Both the position numbers and the translations under genes were made by a program. From Gaiellaceae bacterium (GTDB taxonomy: Bacteria; Actinomycetota; Thermoleophilia; Gaiellales; Gaiellaceae), in NCBI GenBank assembly GCA_035251305.1, contig DATFEK010000076.1:1-25889 (forward strand): a DNA stretch of 25,889 nucleotides. Direction: 5' to 3'. Shown here piece by piece: positions 24,944 to 25,889 of the stretch (position 1 is its first letter; the number at the start of each line of letters is the position of its first letter). The notes beneath the pieces were generated by a model. That model worked only from the letters and a program-made list of their open reading frames with translations. It was not told where the DNA came from and did no database searches.

Positions 24944-25889
24944 GCCTCCCGAGACTAGCCAGCGGGGACCGGTCGACTTCGCGTGGGTGCCGACGCCGGA
25001 GCAGCTCGCCCGGGCCAACGTCACGCGCCTCGCGACGTCGCTCGACTGCAGGGACTACGACGAGCTACATCGGGTTTCGATCGAGGAGCCCGACCGGTTC
25101 TGGCGCGCGGTCGCGAGCGATCTCGGCATCCCGCTCTCGAGGGACTGGGACGAAGTGCTCGACGAGTCGCGCGGGGTCGAGTGGACGACCTGGTACGTCG
25201 GAGCGCGCCTGAACGTCGCAGACGCGTGCGTCCACCGCTGGGCGCGCGAGCGCCCGCGCGACGAAGCTGCGGTGTGGGCGCCGGAAGTCGGAGACGGGCG
25301 AGCGCTCACCTGGTCCGACCTCTCGCACGAGGTAAGAAGGCTGGCCGAGGCGCTCCGCCGGCTCGGCGTGTCGGAGGGCGACGCGGTCGGAACCTTCCTG
25401 CCGATGGCACCGGAGGCGGCCATCGCCTCGCATGCGTGCGCGCACATCGGCGCCGTTCAGGTACCGATCTTCTCGGGGTTCGCGGGGCCCGCGGTCTCGT
25501 CGCGGCTCTCGGACGCCTCCGCGAAGGTCGTGGTAACGGCGGATGCGTCGTACCGCCGTGGGCGAGTCGTGCCCATGAAGGAAGTCCTCGATGCCGCTCT
25601 CGCCGATGCGCCGACGGTCCAGCACGTCGTCGTCTGGCGGCGGGCGGGAGTCGACTGCCCGATGGCGAGCGGCCGCGACGCGTGGTGGGACGAGCTCGTC
25701 GCCGACGAGCCGGGGACCCTTGCCCCGACACAGGTCGAAAGCGAGGCCCCCTATCTCATCGCGTACACCTCCGGGACGACAGGTCATCCGAAGGGTGCAC
25801 TTCACGTCCAGGGCGGGTTCCTCCTCTCGATCGTGCGCGAGACCGCGTACCAGGCCGATCTTCGGCCGGGAGATCGCGTGCTGTTCTCG
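24942..25889 (+). CDS. Acetate--CoA ligase / AMP-dependent acyl-CoA synthetase, 3'-truncated (absent from the ORF track because there is no stop in the window)
   Basis: Manual translation from ATG 24942: MPPETSQRGPVDFAWVPTPEQLARANV...EEPDRFW...WYVGARLNVADACVHRW...AHIGAVQVPIFSGF...AMP-binding YTSGTTGHPKG. An alternative start is GTG 24987. Confidence 0.88.
   Translation, partial: MPPETSQRGPVDFAWVPTPEQLARANVTRLATSLDCRDYDELHRVSIEEPDRFWRAVASDLGIPLSRDWDEVLDESRGVEWTTWYVGARLNVADACVHRWARERPRDEAAVWAPEVGDGRALTWSDLSHEVRRLAEALRRLGVSEGDAVGTFLPMAPEAAIASHACAHIGAVQVPIFSGFAGPAVSSRLSDASAKVVVTADASYRRGRVVPMKEVLDAALADAPTVQHVVVWRRAGVDCPMASGRDAWWDELVADEPGTLAPTQVESEAPYLIAYTSGTTGHPKGALHVQGGFLLSIVRETAYQADLRPGDRVLFS

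Noticed and set aside
23390-24958. 522-aa + strand ORF with an AGGA before its GTG
   Set aside because: It is an antisense shadow of the MFS gene, crosses the terminator, and has a low-complexity R/D/E/G composition.

Overview
This is a GC-rich chromosomal window with no phage, integrase, transposase, rRNA, tRNA or CRISPR features. The gene content and near-leaderless promoter style suggest an actinobacterium, probably Thermoleophilia/Gaiellales (inference). Most of it is housekeeping or metabolic: a partial haloalkane dehalogenase-like hydrolase, korAB-type 2-oxoacid oxidoreductase, a CGNR-domain protein, an orphan solute-binding lipoprotein, a csp-infA pair, a methyltransferase with an O-antigen-ligase-like gene, an AlkA-like glycosylase, proC, a secreted metzincin, fadA/fadB-type beta-oxidation genes, a long SF2 helicase, selD-ctaA-PAC2, an SDR, a thioredoxin-like lipoprotein, a DHA2 MFS exporter and a partial acyl-CoA synthetase. 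The standout is at 21730-23486. An XRE-HTH/TPR regulator is followed 13 nt later by a 30-codon ORF missing from the ORF track (MKPRLLLLLVNLALLAALLSKAKGSWPEGH), which has a strong RBS and consists of a signal peptide plus a short C-terminal tail. This is the architecture of an RRNPP-type peptide quorum-sensing receptor/propeptide pair, whose characterised examples come from Bacillota and their phages. Divergent from the regulator, a near-consensus sigma70 promoter (TTGACT-N17-TATAGT) points into a ~170-nt multi-hairpin, terminator-bounded candidate sRNA. Other unexplained structures are a three-copy REP-like hairpin array (7512-7642) and a ~220-bp densely structured region upstream of selD.
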